From a virus (Duplodnaviria; Heunggongvirae; Uroviricota; Caudoviricetes), in IMG/VR virus record IMGVR_UViG_2713896904_000003, positions 1-6,425 of that record: a stretch of DNA of 6,425 nucleotides; one strand, 5' to 3'. The notes under the pieces are model-generated. The model worked only from the letters and a program-made list of their open reading frames with translations, ran no database searches and had not been told where the DNA came from. This document shows, piece after piece, positions 6,141-6,425 of this stretch (its first letter is position 1; every line of letters starts with the position of its first letter). The position numbers were made by a program, and so were the translations under genes.

Positions 6141-6243
6141 AGATGAAACAGCGAACAGGCAGGATGCCCACGAAGTAGCCGCCCGGGGCATATGAAGACC
6201 GGGATGATTCGTTAGCAACAAAAAAGCGCCGTACCGGACACTT

Positions 6244-6256
6244 CGCTCTTTAACAA
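6244..6256 (+). promoter_or_regulatory. boxA-like element (possible nut-type antitermination site) in the leader of the leftward transcript
   Basis: CGCTCTTTAACAA matches the rrn boxA consensus (TGCTCTTTAACAA) and the CGCTCTT core of lambda nutL/nutR boxA as I recall them. A possible 5 bp stem hairpin CAAGT-aattgata-ACTTG follows at 6271-6288, though its loop is larger than a canonical boxB. Confidence 0.4.
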
Positions 6257-6301
6257 TCTGATCCCCATCAACAAGTAATTGATAACTTGAGGAAGTGTGA
6301 A

Positions 6302-6391
6302 ATGCACAAAACAGAACCAAAAATCGTCGCGCCAGGCTACACTGAACCGCCCCGGGAATCCTGGAGACTAAACTTCCTGAGAAAGAGGTAA
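6302..6391 (+). pseudogene. Gene start truncated by IS insertion; only about 13 native codons (MHKTEPKIVAPGY) remain
   Basis: GAGGAAG SD 6 nt before ATG 6302, about 170 nt downstream of the PL-like promoter. The reading frame runs into the putative IS end at about 6343 and stops at 6389-6391 inside IS-derived sequence. Confidence 0.35.
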
Positions 6392-6425
6392 ACAGGATGA
6401 CTAAAAATACTCGTTTTTCCCCCGA
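6343..6425 (+). mobile_element. Left end of an IS3-family insertion sequence (IS629/IS1203-like), continuing beyond the window
   Basis: TGAACCGCCCCGGGAATCCTGGAGACTAAAC... followed by AGAGGTAAACAGG ATG ACT AAA AAT ACT CGT TTT TCC CCC matches, from memory, the IS629-type left inverted repeat and the orfA start MTKNTRFSPE. Exact boundary is uncertain by a few bp. Confidence 0.55.
6396..6425 (+). CDS. IS3-family transposase OrfA, 5' fragment (MTKNTRFSP...)
   Basis: ATG 6396 with AGAGG SD; the first nine codons match the recalled OrfA N-terminus of IS629-like elements; runs off the window end. Confidence 0.5.

Noticed and set aside
6075-6320. 81 aa minus-strand ORF
   Set aside because: Runs antisense through the terminator, PL-like promoter and leader; that region is better explained as regulatory sequence.

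Overview
The window reads as the immunity and early-right region of a lambdoid prophage from an enterobacterial (E. coli-like) host. A CI-like repressor with an S24 peptidase domain (+ strand, 5393-6067) is divergent from a Cro-like gene across a ~90 bp operator/promoter region. Behind Cro runs one long minus-strand operon: Cro-like, CII-like, an unassigned 278 aa gene, an unassigned 78 aa gene, an O-like replication initiator with iterons inside its coding sequence, a PerC-like regulator, a LexA DNA-binding-domain-only protein, RusA, a KilA-N protein and a DUF968-like gene that runs off the window. Nearly every junction in this operon is an ATGA or TAATG stop/start overlap. Downstream of cI there is a terminator, a PL-like promoter with repeated operator motifs and a boxA-like element, then a gene start cut after about 13 codons by what I recognise from memory as the left end of an IS3-family element (IS629-like). 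The best candidate for something undescribed is the 278 aa + 78 aa gene pair wedged between the CII-like gene and the initiator; I cannot assign either to a family. No similarity search was run, so all family assignments rest on recalled motifs.
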